From NCBI GenBank assembly GCA_040757555.1, contig JBFLWN010000007.1, positions 9,404 to 73,403 on the forward strand: a DNA stretch of 64,000 bases, in the 5' to 3' direction. Each line of letters starts with the position of its first letter. The stretch's first letter is position 1. The position numbers and the translations under genes were made by a program. Source of the stretch: Patescibacteria group bacterium (GTDB lineage Bacteria; Patescibacteriota; Minisyncoccia; UBA6257; GWB1-50-10). The notes below the pieces were generated by a model. The model was not told the origin of the DNA. It saw only the letters and a program-made list of their open reading frames with translations, and searched no databases. Shown here one piece after another: positions 18,509-28,079 of the stretch.

Positions 18509-20221
18509 ATGAATCCAGAAACCAGAATTTGCCAAAATTGTAAGCAAAACTTCACCATTGAGAGTGAAGATTTTGATTTTTATAAGAAGATAGACGTACC
18601 TGCACCGACATGGTGCCCATTTTGCCGGAGGGAACGGCTTCTTTCATGGAGAAATGAACGAACATTGTATAAACGCAAATGCGCAGCAACAGGAAAGGAT
18701 ATTGTTTCGATATTTTCTCCGGATGGTCCCATTGTTGCATATGAGAGGGATTATTGGTGGAGTGACGCATGGGATGCGGGACAATTCGGTGTTGAGTATG
18801 ATTTTTCAGTACCTTTTTTTATGCAGTTCAGAAAACTTATGGAGCGTGTTCCGATGCCATCGGTTTTTAATAGCACGTGCGTGAACAGTAATTATTGTAA
18901 TCATGTTGCAAAATCGAAAGATTGTTATTTTGTATTTGCATCATTTCAAAATGAGAATCTTGTATACTCATCTCAGTGTGGTGATGTGAGGGATTCTTCG
19001 GATGTTCTTACTGCAAATAGCTCGGAGTTATGTTATGAAGTCATCAAGGGGATGAAATTGTATCATTGTTTGTTTGCAGAAAATTCGGAAAATTGTAGCG
19101 ACTGCGCATTTATTTATGATTGTAAAGGATGTCAAAATTGTTTTGGATCGACAAATTTGAGAAATAAATCATATTATTTTTTCAATCACCCATGCACAAA
19201 AGAAGAGTATCATGAGCGCATAAAAGAATTTAATCTCGGGAAAAGAGGGGATATTGAAAAAGCTCGCGCATTATTTAACGAAGAGAAGTTGAAGGCGGTG
19301 AGGCGGCCTGCGTTTTTTGTAAATACCACAAATTCAACAGGAGATTATCTCGACCAATGTGAGTCGTGTAAATACTGTTTCGGAATTCGTTTGGGGGGAC
19401 GCAATTGTAAATTTTGTATGAATGGGGGGTATGCGCTCAATGATTCGTATGACACGTTCGGATGCGGCGATAATGGCGAGTTGATTTATGAATCGATAGA
19501 TGCGGGACTCAGTGGGTCTCGGTTCTTTTTTGATGTTGTGGCATATGGGGGAACGAACGTACAATATAGTTTGAATTCCCACGGTTCGGAAAATCTTTTT
19601 GGATGTATCGGTCTTCGTAGTAAACAGTATTGTATTTTAAATAAACAATATACAAAAGAAGAATATGAAATTTTACTTCCGAAGATAAAAGCACATATGA
19701 CCGAAATGCCATATAAAGATAAAAATGGAAGAGTATATGTCTACGGTGAATTTTTTCCAACAGAACTTTCGCCGTTTGCATATAATGAATCACTTGCGTA
19801 TGAGCATTTTCCCTATACAAAGGAAATTACCGAAAAGCGGGGGTATCCATGGCGAGATCTTCCTAAAAATGAATATGCAATCACTCTCCGTACTGGAGAT
19901 ATTCCGGAAAATATAGCGTATGTTTCCGATGAAATTACAAAAGAGGTATTGGAATGCGGACATAAACGCACATGTCTTGATAACTGTGTAGGGGCGTTTC
20001 GTATTACTCCACAAGAATTTTCGATATACAAAAAAATTGGCATTGCGCTTCCGACATTATGCCCAAATTGCAGACACATGGAGCGAATAAAGAGAGCAAA
20101 TCCATTTTTCCTATGGAAGCGGAATTGTACGAAATGTGGAAAGGATATTGAAACTTCATACTCGCCCGAACGACCCGAAGTTGTTTATTGTGAGTCATGT
20201 TATCAACAAGAGGTAGTGTAA
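18509..20221 (+). CDS. Cys-rich multi-zinc-ribbon protein, paralog 1 of 10 (unknown function)
   Basis: Begins MNPETRICQNCKQNF...WCPFCR. Central CxxC/CFGC repeats, LFGCIGL-YCILNKQYTKEEYE, C-terminal LCPNCRH ribbon and tail YCESCYQQEVV; 34 Cys. Confidence 0.8.
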   Translation: MNPETRICQNCKQNFTIESEDFDFYKKIDVPAPTWCPFCRRERLLSWRNERTLYKRKCAATGKDIVSIFSPDGPIVAYERDYWWSDAWDAGQFGVEYDFSVPFFMQFRKLMERVPMPSVFNSTCVNSNYCNHVAKSKDCYFVFASFQNENLVYSSQCGDVRDSSDVLTANSSELCYEVIKGMKLYHCLFAENSENCSDCAFIYDCKGCQNCFGSTNLRNKSYYFFNHPCTKEEYHERIKEFNLGKRGDIEKARALFNEEKLKAVRRPAFFVNTTNSTGDYLDQCESCKYCFGIRLGGRNCKFCMNGGYALNDSYDTFGCGDNGELIYESIDAGLSGSRFFFDVVAYGGTNVQYSLNSHGSENLFGCIGLRSKQYCILNKQYTKEEYEILLPKIKAHMTEMPYKDKNGRVYVYGEFFPTELSPFAYNESLAYEHFPYTKEITEKRGYPWRDLPKNEYAITLRTGDIPENIAYVSDEITKEVLECGHKRTCLDNCVGAFRITPQEFSIYKKIGIALPTLCPNCRHMERIKRANPFFLWKRNCTKCGKDIETSYSPERPEVVYCESCYQQEVV

Positions 20222-20239
20222 AAATTTATAACTTTCAAA

Positions 20240-20782
20240 ATGAAGTGGAAAATAAGTTCAAAACAAAAACAACTTCTTGAAAATCTTTTTCGGGATATAC
20301 CCGCGAAGAAAGTGAGAAAAATTCTTGATGTTGGAAGTGGGCGGACAAGTATTCAGTTTTTGGCGGATAAATTTAAAAGTGTAATTGTGAAGGGACTTGT
20401 ATATCCTGGCGACAAACGTAAATTACAGCCGATTCGAGACTGTGTTTCGCGGAAGAACTATGAAATTATCGAACGTGACTTTAGAGATGTACGTTTTACC
20501 GAAGGGTTTGATATTACACTTGCTCATCTTTTTCTTGGTGAGGCAACAAAATTTGGATCGAATACATTTGGGGGTATGCTCCGAAAGCTTTTTTCACTTA
20601 AAACAAAATATCTTGTGATTGTTGATCTTCTTTTTGATCCTGGGGTTGATTATAATCTGGTATTTCAGATGATTGCGAAAAAAGGAAAACTTCTCAAGGT
20701 AATCTATCAATGGAGAGAAGGTGAGTCGAGGAAAGAATATAAAGGAATAGTTGGGTTTCTTATTAAGTTAAATCATGAATAA
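20240..20782 (+). CDS. Small class I SAM-dependent methyltransferase-like protein
   Basis: Motif I ILDVGSGRTS; 180 aa; embedded between paralogs 1 and 2. Confidence 0.45.
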   Translation: MKWKISSKQKQLLENLFRDIPAKKVRKILDVGSGRTSIQFLADKFKSVIVKGLVYPGDKRKLQPIRDCVSRKNYEIIERDFRDVRFTEGFDITLAHLFLGEATKFGSNTFGGMLRKLFSLKTKYLVIVDLLFDPGVDYNLVFQMIAKKGKLLKVIYQWREGESRKEYKGIVGFLIKLNHE

Positions 20783-22541
20783 GGAACAAAAGATGTGTCA
20801 GAACTGTCATCAAGAATTCTGGATTGAGTCAGAGGATTTTGATTTTTATAAAAAAAACAGTGTGCCGGCACCAACATCTTGTCCCGAGTGCAGAGAAATT
20901 CGGCGCATTGCATTCCGAAATGAGAGATCTTTATATAAACGGAAATGTGATTCATGTGGAAATATAGTGGTATCTCGGGTGTCGCCCGATAAACCATATC
21001 CGATGTATTGTCGCGATTGCTGGTGGTCTGATAAGTGGGATCCGTGTGACCATGGACGCGAGTATGATTTCTCTCGTCCATTTTTTGCGCAATTTAGAGA
21101 TCTTCTTTTTTCTGTTCCGAGCGTTTCTATGTTGAATGGGAATATGGTGAACAGTGATTGGGTGAATCAAGAGACCGATGATAAAAATTGTTACTTAAAT
21201 GTAGGGGGCCACTTTAATGAGGATTCTGCATACAATACATACGAATTTAGAAGCAAGGATTCGTTTGATAATTTTTGGCTTATGTCGGGAGATTTATGTT
21301 ATGAGAATATTACGTGCGATCGGTGTTATAAAACGGCCCTTTCAAAAGATTGTAATGATTGTCGAGAGGTTTTTTTCTCGTTTGACTGTAGAAATTGTTC
21401 GCATTGTTTCGGATGTATAGGACTTCGAAATAAGGAATACTGTCTATGGAATGAACAAAAAACAAAAGAAGAATATGAAGCGTTTATAGATACTCGACCG
21501 CTTTCATCATATAAAAATCTTTTGGAAAATATGAAACGAGCGGAAGGGGTATGGAACGCAATGCCTCGTCGAGCCCTTTATATTCTAAAATCGTCAAATG
21601 TTTCAGGAAATTACATAACCAATTCAAAAAACACACATTATGTATGGGACGGGGATAATATGGAAGATTCAAAATATCACTATATTGTTGCCGGACTTAA
21701 AGATTGTTTTGATGGGTCATCTTTTGGGTGGGCAGAAAAATGTTATGAGTGTTCTTCTTCGGTTGGTCTTTATAACTGTAGAGGAGTTATGTTTTCATTT
21801 GGAGGAGGCGGCGCGGAAGAAAGACACACAACAAATGTTGATCATTCACACACAGTGAATTCCTGTCACGATTGTTTTGGATGTGTGGGACTTCGCAATA
21901 AACAATATTGTATTTTAAATAAACAATATACCAAAGAATCTTACGAAGAATGTAGAAAAAAGATTATTAAACATATGAGTGAGATGCCGTATATAGATGC
22001 AAAAGGAAGAATATACCAGTACGGAGATTCATTTCCTATAGAGTTATCTAACTATGGATATAATGAAACGGTTGCACAGGATTATTATCCACTTACAAAA
22101 GATCAAGCTCTCCAAGAAGGATACTCATGGTGTGATTATGAATCGGAAACGAAATACGAATTTTCTGATTATATAATTCCCGATGATATAAAAGATGTGA
22201 AAGATGATATCCTCGAAAAGGTATTGAAATGTGAGGTTTCGGGAAAACCGTATCGAATTATTCCCATGGAGTTGCAATTCTATCGACGTGTTGGTTTACC
22301 GATTCCGAGAAGGGCACCGTTGCAAAGACATAAAGAACGTATGACGCGTCTTCTCCCTCGAAAACTTTTTACCCGAGAATGTCAGTGCGGGGGGGAGAAA
22401 TCATTAAATGGGGCATATATAAACACAGGGACACATGTGCATGGTAAGGAAGAATGCGACATGAAGATTGAAACCTCATATTCCCCAGATCGCCCGGAAA
22501 TAGTATATTGTGAAGGTTGCTACCAGGCGGAAATTTATTAA
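20775..22541 (+). CDS. Cys-rich multi-zinc-ribbon protein, paralog 2
   Basis: MNKEQKMCQNCHQEF, YCILNKQYTKESYE, tail YCEGCYQAEIY. The C-terminal ribbon is partly degenerate (RRAPLQRH). Confidence 0.8.
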   Translation: MNKEQKMCQNCHQEFWIESEDFDFYKKNSVPAPTSCPECREIRRIAFRNERSLYKRKCDSCGNIVVSRVSPDKPYPMYCRDCWWSDKWDPCDHGREYDFSRPFFAQFRDLLFSVPSVSMLNGNMVNSDWVNQETDDKNCYLNVGGHFNEDSAYNTYEFRSKDSFDNFWLMSGDLCYENITCDRCYKTALSKDCNDCREVFFSFDCRNCSHCFGCIGLRNKEYCLWNEQKTKEEYEAFIDTRPLSSYKNLLENMKRAEGVWNAMPRRALYILKSSNVSGNYITNSKNTHYVWDGDNMEDSKYHYIVAGLKDCFDGSSFGWAEKCYECSSSVGLYNCRGVMFSFGGGGAEERHTTNVDHSHTVNSCHDCFGCVGLRNKQYCILNKQYTKESYEECRKKIIKHMSEMPYIDAKGRIYQYGDSFPIELSNYGYNETVAQDYYPLTKDQALQEGYSWCDYESETKYEFSDYIIPDDIKDVKDDILEKVLKCEVSGKPYRIIPMELQFYRRVGLPIPRRAPLQRHKERMTRLLPRKLFTRECQCGGEKSLNGAYINTGTHVHGKEECDMKIETSYSPDRPEIVYCEGCYQAEIY

Positions 22542-22544
22542 ATT

Positions 22545-24191
22545 ATGGAAAAAACATGTAAACATTGTAAAAAGGAATTTTCCATTACCAATGAAGAACT
22601 TGGGATGTATGAAAAATTGAGTATAGAGCTCCCACAACTTTGTTTTTCTTGTCGGGTAAGTTTACATTTTTCTGTTTGGTCATTTGGAAAATTTCGGAAG
22701 GCAAAATCGGATCTTTCTGGAGAGAATATGATTACTGTACTTTCCGCACAAAAAAGGTATCCCATATATACTCTTCATGAGTGGCATAGTGATGCGTGGG
22801 ATGCGATGGAGTATGGAAGAGATTATGATCCAACACGCCCATTTTTTGATCAAATGAAAGATCTTCAAGAAAGGGTGCCGCGTCCCCATCAAAGTGCAGG
22901 AAATAATACTGATTGTGATTGGTGTGATGACGCGTGGAACTCTAAAAATTGCTATCTTTCGCGCTCAATGGAGGAGTGTGAGGATTTACATTATGCGTAT
23001 CGTGTATTTCGTGGAAAGAACTCCATCGATCTCGTATTTTGTTTCGATTCGGACAACTGTTATGATTGCACCTATTGTTTTAATTCATACAATCTTTTTT
23101 ACTCACAAAATTCGCGTGATTGTATAGATTCATATTTCCTCTTTGATTGTAGAAATTGTTCGAATTGTTTTATGTGCTGGAATCTACGGGGAAAATCATA
23201 TTGTATTGAAAATATTCAATATACAAAAGAAGAATATATAGAAAAAATAAAATCATTAAACCTTGCCTCATTTCAATCAATTGAAGGTTTTCGAAAACGG
23301 TTTAAGGAGATGATGAGGTGCGATGTGGTGCATCGAGAGAATTTTAATATTCGAGCAAATAACTCGGAGGGGGAATACCTTATGGACATGAATAATTCCC
23401 ATAACTGTTTTGGAATCCAATTTTCTGAGGAGTGTTACAACTGTGTGCGGGGACTTACTGATAAAACAAATATTGATGCGAATGGGTGTTGGTATGCTGA
23501 ATTTGTAGGGAATTCAAGTTCTTGTGTGAATGCCTATGCACTTAAGTATTCTTCGTGGTCCTCTGCACGATTTTCCGAATACCTCGATATCTGTAATGAA
23601 TGTGAGTATTGTTTTGGGTGTGTGGGATTGAAAAAGAAAAAATATTGTATTTTGAACAAACAATATACAAAAGAAGAATATGAAGTGCTTCGAGAGAAAA
23701 TAATTACTGATATGAAAGTGCGGGGAGAATACGGATCTTTTTTTCCTTATTCGATGAGTCCGCATCCATATAATTTTTCGACGAGTTATACATATTTCCC
23801 ACAAAAGACAAAAGAAGAAATTCTTGCGCTTGGCGGATATTGGGAAGATATTGATGAAACGCGCATTGATGGAATGCCGACCAGTGAGTTGCCTGATGAC
23901 ATATGTGATGTTCCTGACTCCATAACTACACAAGCACTTATTTGTCCTACAACTGGATGGCGGTTCAATATTGCGCAAAAAGAGCTCCAATTTTACAAAC
24001 AAAAGGGAATTCCATTGCCTCGTGTACATTTTGATGTACGTATAAAGGATCGTATGAAATATATGACCGTACTTACTCCACGAGAACATTCTTGTATATC
24101 TTGCAAAAAGAAGATGACCATCTATTACCCAGAAACATGGGGATATGAGAAAATTGCATGTGTTGAATGCTACCAAAAGGAAGTGGCGTAG
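22545..24191 (+). CDS. Cys-rich multi-zinc-ribbon protein, paralog 3 (divergent subtype)
   Basis: MEKTCKHCKKEF, YCILNKQYTKEEYE, tail ACVECYQKEVA. Confidence 0.8.
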   Translation: MEKTCKHCKKEFSITNEELGMYEKLSIELPQLCFSCRVSLHFSVWSFGKFRKAKSDLSGENMITVLSAQKRYPIYTLHEWHSDAWDAMEYGRDYDPTRPFFDQMKDLQERVPRPHQSAGNNTDCDWCDDAWNSKNCYLSRSMEECEDLHYAYRVFRGKNSIDLVFCFDSDNCYDCTYCFNSYNLFYSQNSRDCIDSYFLFDCRNCSNCFMCWNLRGKSYCIENIQYTKEEYIEKIKSLNLASFQSIEGFRKRFKEMMRCDVVHRENFNIRANNSEGEYLMDMNNSHNCFGIQFSEECYNCVRGLTDKTNIDANGCWYAEFVGNSSSCVNAYALKYSSWSSARFSEYLDICNECEYCFGCVGLKKKKYCILNKQYTKEEYEVLREKIITDMKVRGEYGSFFPYSMSPHPYNFSTSYTYFPQKTKEEILALGGYWEDIDETRIDGMPTSELPDDICDVPDSITTQALICPTTGWRFNIAQKELQFYKQKGIPLPRVHFDVRIKDRMKYMTVLTPREHSCISCKKKMTIYYPETWGYEKIACVECYQKEVA

Positions 24192-24228
24192 AGTCCATAA
24201 GGTTATAAGTTTATAAAGTCTTTAAAGT

Positions 24229-26022
24229 ATGAATAAAGAAAATAAGATCTGCCAAAACTGCAAAATTGAGTTCATCATTGAACCCGAAGATTTTCAGTTT
24301 TATAAGAAAATTAATGTACCTCCACCGACATTTTGTCCGGATTGTCGGAGACAGAGGAGGATGTTTTTTAGAAATGAGCGCGTGCTTTATAAAAGACCAT
24401 GTAATGCACCAGGCCACACTGAGGAAATCGTCTCGACATTTTCTCCCGATAAAAAAATAACCGTATACGATGAAAAATATTGGTGGAGTGATGCGTGGGA
24501 TCCGATTGATTATGGAACTCCATATGATTTTTTGGTGCCGTTTTTCGAACAATATAAACAACTTTTGAGGCGCATCCCACTTATTGCGCTTTCGGTCACG
24601 AATATGGTGAATTGCAGTTATTGCAATGTTTCCGAAGGAGACAAAAATTGTCTTTTTATTTCGGCCTCAGAAAAAAATGAAAATGTATTTTACTCAAATC
24701 GTGTGGTGCAATCAAAAGATTCAATGGATCTCTACATCGGAAATTACTCCGAATTGTGTTACGAGCTTGTTGCAGCAACAAATTGTTATAAGGTTCTATT
24801 CAGTCAGAATTGCAGTCAGTGTTCCGATTCGGCATTTCTTTACAACTGTACAAATTGCAATAATTGTTTTGGCTGCGTGAATTTGAAAAATAAATCATAT
24901 TATTTTTTTAACGAACCATATACAAAGGAAGAATATGAGAAAAAAATATCTGATTTTGATTTTAGGAAATTGTCGGACGTGAAAAGAGTGGAGGAAAAAT
25001 ATCATGAGCTTTTGCACCGATCGATTCGAAAATATGCAAATATTCTCAAATCAACGGAAGTAACAGGGGATAACATCGCATATGCGAAGAACTGCAGAGA
25101 TTCTTTTGATATTGTAGGAAATCCGTCTGTCGAAGATGGAAGGTTTTTAAATTGGGGAGGAGCGGGAATAAAAGATGTGTGGGACAGTGGTCCGGGGGTG
25201 GGAATTAGTTTGGAGCGGGCGTACGAGGTAACTGACACGGGCATCCAGGTTGCTGATGGATATTTCACGAGTGTTGTTTATGGTTCATACGATATCCATT
25301 ACTCTATCAATTGCCACGGATCAAAACATTTATTTGGATGTTATGGGTTACGAGGAAAGGAATATTGTATTTTGAACAAACAATATACAAAAGAAGAATA
25401 TGAAATATTAACTTCCAAGATCATTCAACACATGAAAGATTCGCCGTATGTCGATACAAAAGGGAGGGTGTATGCATACGGGGAATTTTTTCCTTCGGAG
25501 TTGTCGCCTTATGCGTACAACGAAGTTATTGCGCAGGAATATTTTCCACTTTCAAAAGATGGGGCAATTGCACAAGGATATATATGGAAGGATGCCGATG
25601 AGAAAAAACATATTCCTACAATGACATTTGAGAATATACCGGATGATATTAGTGGAGTAAAAGATTCAATTGTAAATGAAATCATATCGTGTGGTCATGG
25701 GGGAAAATGTGTTGGCCAATGCGTGACCGCATTTAAAATTCTTCCGCAGGAGCTTGAATTCTATCGGAGGATGAAATTACCCCTCCCACGGTTATGTCCA
25801 AATTGTCGACACGAAGAGCGTCTGAAAAAGAGAAATCCAATGAAGTTGTGGAAACAAAAATGCCAATGTGCCGGGAAGACGTCAGAAAATGGAATATATA
25901 AAAATACCACCACCCATCAACACGGGGACGGCCCATGTTTGGATCAATTTGAAACATCCTATGCTCCGGAGAGACAGGAAATCATCTACTGTGAAAACTG
26001 CTACCAATCAGAGGTGGTGTAG
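24229..26022 (+). CDS. Cys-rich multi-zinc-ribbon protein, paralog 4
   Basis: MNKENKICQNCKIEF, YCILNKQYTKEEYE, LCPNCRHEERLKKRNP, tail YCENCYQSEVV. Confidence 0.8.
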   Translation: MNKENKICQNCKIEFIIEPEDFQFYKKINVPPPTFCPDCRRQRRMFFRNERVLYKRPCNAPGHTEEIVSTFSPDKKITVYDEKYWWSDAWDPIDYGTPYDFLVPFFEQYKQLLRRIPLIALSVTNMVNCSYCNVSEGDKNCLFISASEKNENVFYSNRVVQSKDSMDLYIGNYSELCYELVAATNCYKVLFSQNCSQCSDSAFLYNCTNCNNCFGCVNLKNKSYYFFNEPYTKEEYEKKISDFDFRKLSDVKRVEEKYHELLHRSIRKYANILKSTEVTGDNIAYAKNCRDSFDIVGNPSVEDGRFLNWGGAGIKDVWDSGPGVGISLERAYEVTDTGIQVADGYFTSVVYGSYDIHYSINCHGSKHLFGCYGLRGKEYCILNKQYTKEEYEILTSKIIQHMKDSPYVDTKGRVYAYGEFFPSELSPYAYNEVIAQEYFPLSKDGAIAQGYIWKDADEKKHIPTMTFENIPDDISGVKDSIVNEIISCGHGGKCVGQCVTAFKILPQELEFYRRMKLPLPRLCPNCRHEERLKKRNPMKLWKQKCQCAGKTSENGIYKNTTTHQHGDGPCLDQFETSYAPERQEIIYCENCYQSEVV

Positions 26023-26123
26023 TTTATAAGGTTTGTAAAGTTGAAAGTTCGTAAAGTATGGTAGGATAAGCACAATTTTTGCCACTGGGCATTTTGTTTC
26101 TAACGGGGTAAAATCAGAGATAT

Positions 26124-28040
26124 ATGGACATAGAGTTAGACAAGGAAGTTGTCTATTTTGCAAAAACCGACTTTAGGAATTCAAAGCGCCTTTTTGGTAT
26201 AAAAAGAAGTGATCGAAGGCAGCACGTATATGTGGTAGGAAAAACGGGTACCGGAAAGACCACGTTGCTTCACAATATGATGGTGCAGGATATTACCAAT
26301 GGGGAGGGAGTGTGTGTTATTGATCCTCACGGAGAATTTGTTGAAACACTTTTACAGAAAGTTCCAAAACATCGCGCAGATGATGTTATCTATTTCAATC
26401 CCTCTGATCCCGATTCGTTTATTGGGTTCAATGTACTTGAGTTGCCCGATCCACAATATAAACATCTTGTGGCGTCCGGACTCATGGGAATTTTCACAAA
26501 AATTTGGTCAAACGTCTGGTCGGCGAGAATGGAATATATTTTGAATAATGCAATTTTAGCACTTCTCGATACTCCGGGTACGTCGCTTCTCGGAGTGACG
26601 CGTTTGCTTGTCGATAAAGAATATCGTCAGAAAATTATTGCGAATGTAAAAGATCCTGTGGTGAAAGCATTTTGGATTCATGAATTCGAAGAGTGGCGAG
26701 ATCAATTCCGAAATGAAGCAATCGCCCCCATTCAAAACAAAGTAGGACAATTTCTTTCGACTTCGCTTGTGCGCAATATTGTTGGGCAATCGAAAAGTAC
26801 GATTGATATTTTTGATTTGATGAATACCGGAAAAATATTTCTTGTAAACCTTTCAAAAGGAAGAATTGGAGAAGATAATTCCGCACTTCTCGGAGGGATG
26901 CTCATCACAAAAATGCAGTTGGCGGCAATGGAACGCGTGCGTATTCCCGAGGATGAGCGTGTTGACTTTTTCCTCTATGTCGACGAGTTCCAAAATTTTG
27001 CGACTGATTCATTTGCCAATATTCTCTCTGAAGCGCGTAAATATCGTTTGAACCTTACCCTCGCGCACCAATATATTGGGCAACTTACTACCGATACTTC
27101 TACAATTGTACGCGATGCGGTATTTGGAAACGTTGGAACAATGATTGCGTTTCGTGTGGGTGCGGGAGATGCGGAATTTTTAGAAAAAGAATTTACTCCC
27201 GAGTTTGAGATTCAGGATATGGTAAATCTTCCGAACCGCCGTATTTATTTGAAACTTATGGTTGATGGAGTGACAAGTAGACCGTTTTCTGCGGGTACAC
27301 TTCCTCCGCTTGGAGTGCTAGTGGATTCCGCATCGGCTGCGGATATTATTGAAGCATCTCGAAAAAAATATGCCCGCCCCCGTGCAATTGTCGAACGGGA
27401 AATCAATGAATGGAGCGGTGTTTCTGATCAGGCTACGGAATCCCGCGCGGTATTTTGTTCGTTGTGCGGAAAAGAAACAAAGGTGCCATTTGAACCGGAA
27501 GAGGGGAGGCCAGTGTATTGTCAGGATTGTTTGAAAAAAATTAAATCAGGCGAAGCGCGTCCCGTCTCTCTTCCTCAATCAAATCCACAAAGGAGTTTAC
27601 AACAAAAAAGTAGAAAGGCGCTTGCGGCACTCGGAATCGAATTTGATGATAGTGGGGGAGAAGAAATATTCGGAGGAGATGAAAAAAACGGAAAGGAGCA
27701 AAAGGGTTCTTTCACTGATCAGGAGCGAAAGCTTTTTAGGCCAGCGGCAAATACATATGGGCAACAGCGCGCTGATGTGCCGACACAACGACCCTCATCT
27801 CGTTTACAAACTTCCCCACAATCGAAGCCATTTCAATCGCCTCAGCCATCCAGGCCTGCTCGTGTAGAAAAAGAGCCTGAACCCAAAAAAGAAGAACCGA
27901 CAATACGATTAAGCGATGTAATTGCGCGAGGAAGTATAAAACCGAAGGAAACAGTTCAACCAAAAGAGGGTGGAGACGTTTCAGGGCTTCGCGATGCACT
28001 TCAGGAAGCTCTCAAAAATTTAAATAAAGATGAAAAATAA
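26124..28040 (+). CDS. VirD4/TraG-type coupling-protein-like P-loop ATPase, paralog 2, with C-terminal zinc ribbon and P/Q/S-rich tail
   Basis: GKTGTGKTT, VIDPHGE, FFLYVDEFQN, AHQYIGQL; C-terminal CSLCGKETK...YCQDC; clearly paralogous to 16283..17752. Confidence 0.55.
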   Translation: MDIELDKEVVYFAKTDFRNSKRLFGIKRSDRRQHVYVVGKTGTGKTTLLHNMMVQDITNGEGVCVIDPHGEFVETLLQKVPKHRADDVIYFNPSDPDSFIGFNVLELPDPQYKHLVASGLMGIFTKIWSNVWSARMEYILNNAILALLDTPGTSLLGVTRLLVDKEYRQKIIANVKDPVVKAFWIHEFEEWRDQFRNEAIAPIQNKVGQFLSTSLVRNIVGQSKSTIDIFDLMNTGKIFLVNLSKGRIGEDNSALLGGMLITKMQLAAMERVRIPEDERVDFFLYVDEFQNFATDSFANILSEARKYRLNLTLAHQYIGQLTTDTSTIVRDAVFGNVGTMIAFRVGAGDAEFLEKEFTPEFEIQDMVNLPNRRIYLKLMVDGVTSRPFSAGTLPPLGVLVDSASAADIIEASRKKYARPRAIVEREINEWSGVSDQATESRAVFCSLCGKETKVPFEPEEGRPVYCQDCLKKIKSGEARPVSLPQSNPQRSLQQKSRKALAALGIEFDDSGGEEIFGGDEKNGKEQKGSFTDQERKLFRPAANTYGQQRADVPTQRPSSRLQTSPQSKPFQSPQPSRPARVEKEPEPKKEEPTIRLSDVIARGSIKPKETVQPKEGGDVSGLRDALQEALKNLNKDEK

Positions 28041-28041
28041 T

Positions 28042-28076
28042 AAAATCTCCCCGCTTTAAGCGGGGAGATTTTATTG
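28042..28076. terminator. Bidirectional terminator between convergent genes
   Basis: Perfect 13-bp stem aaaatctccccgc/gcggggagatttt with a 5-nt loop, flanked by A/T runs on both sides. Confidence 0.7.
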
Positions 28077-28079
28077 TGA

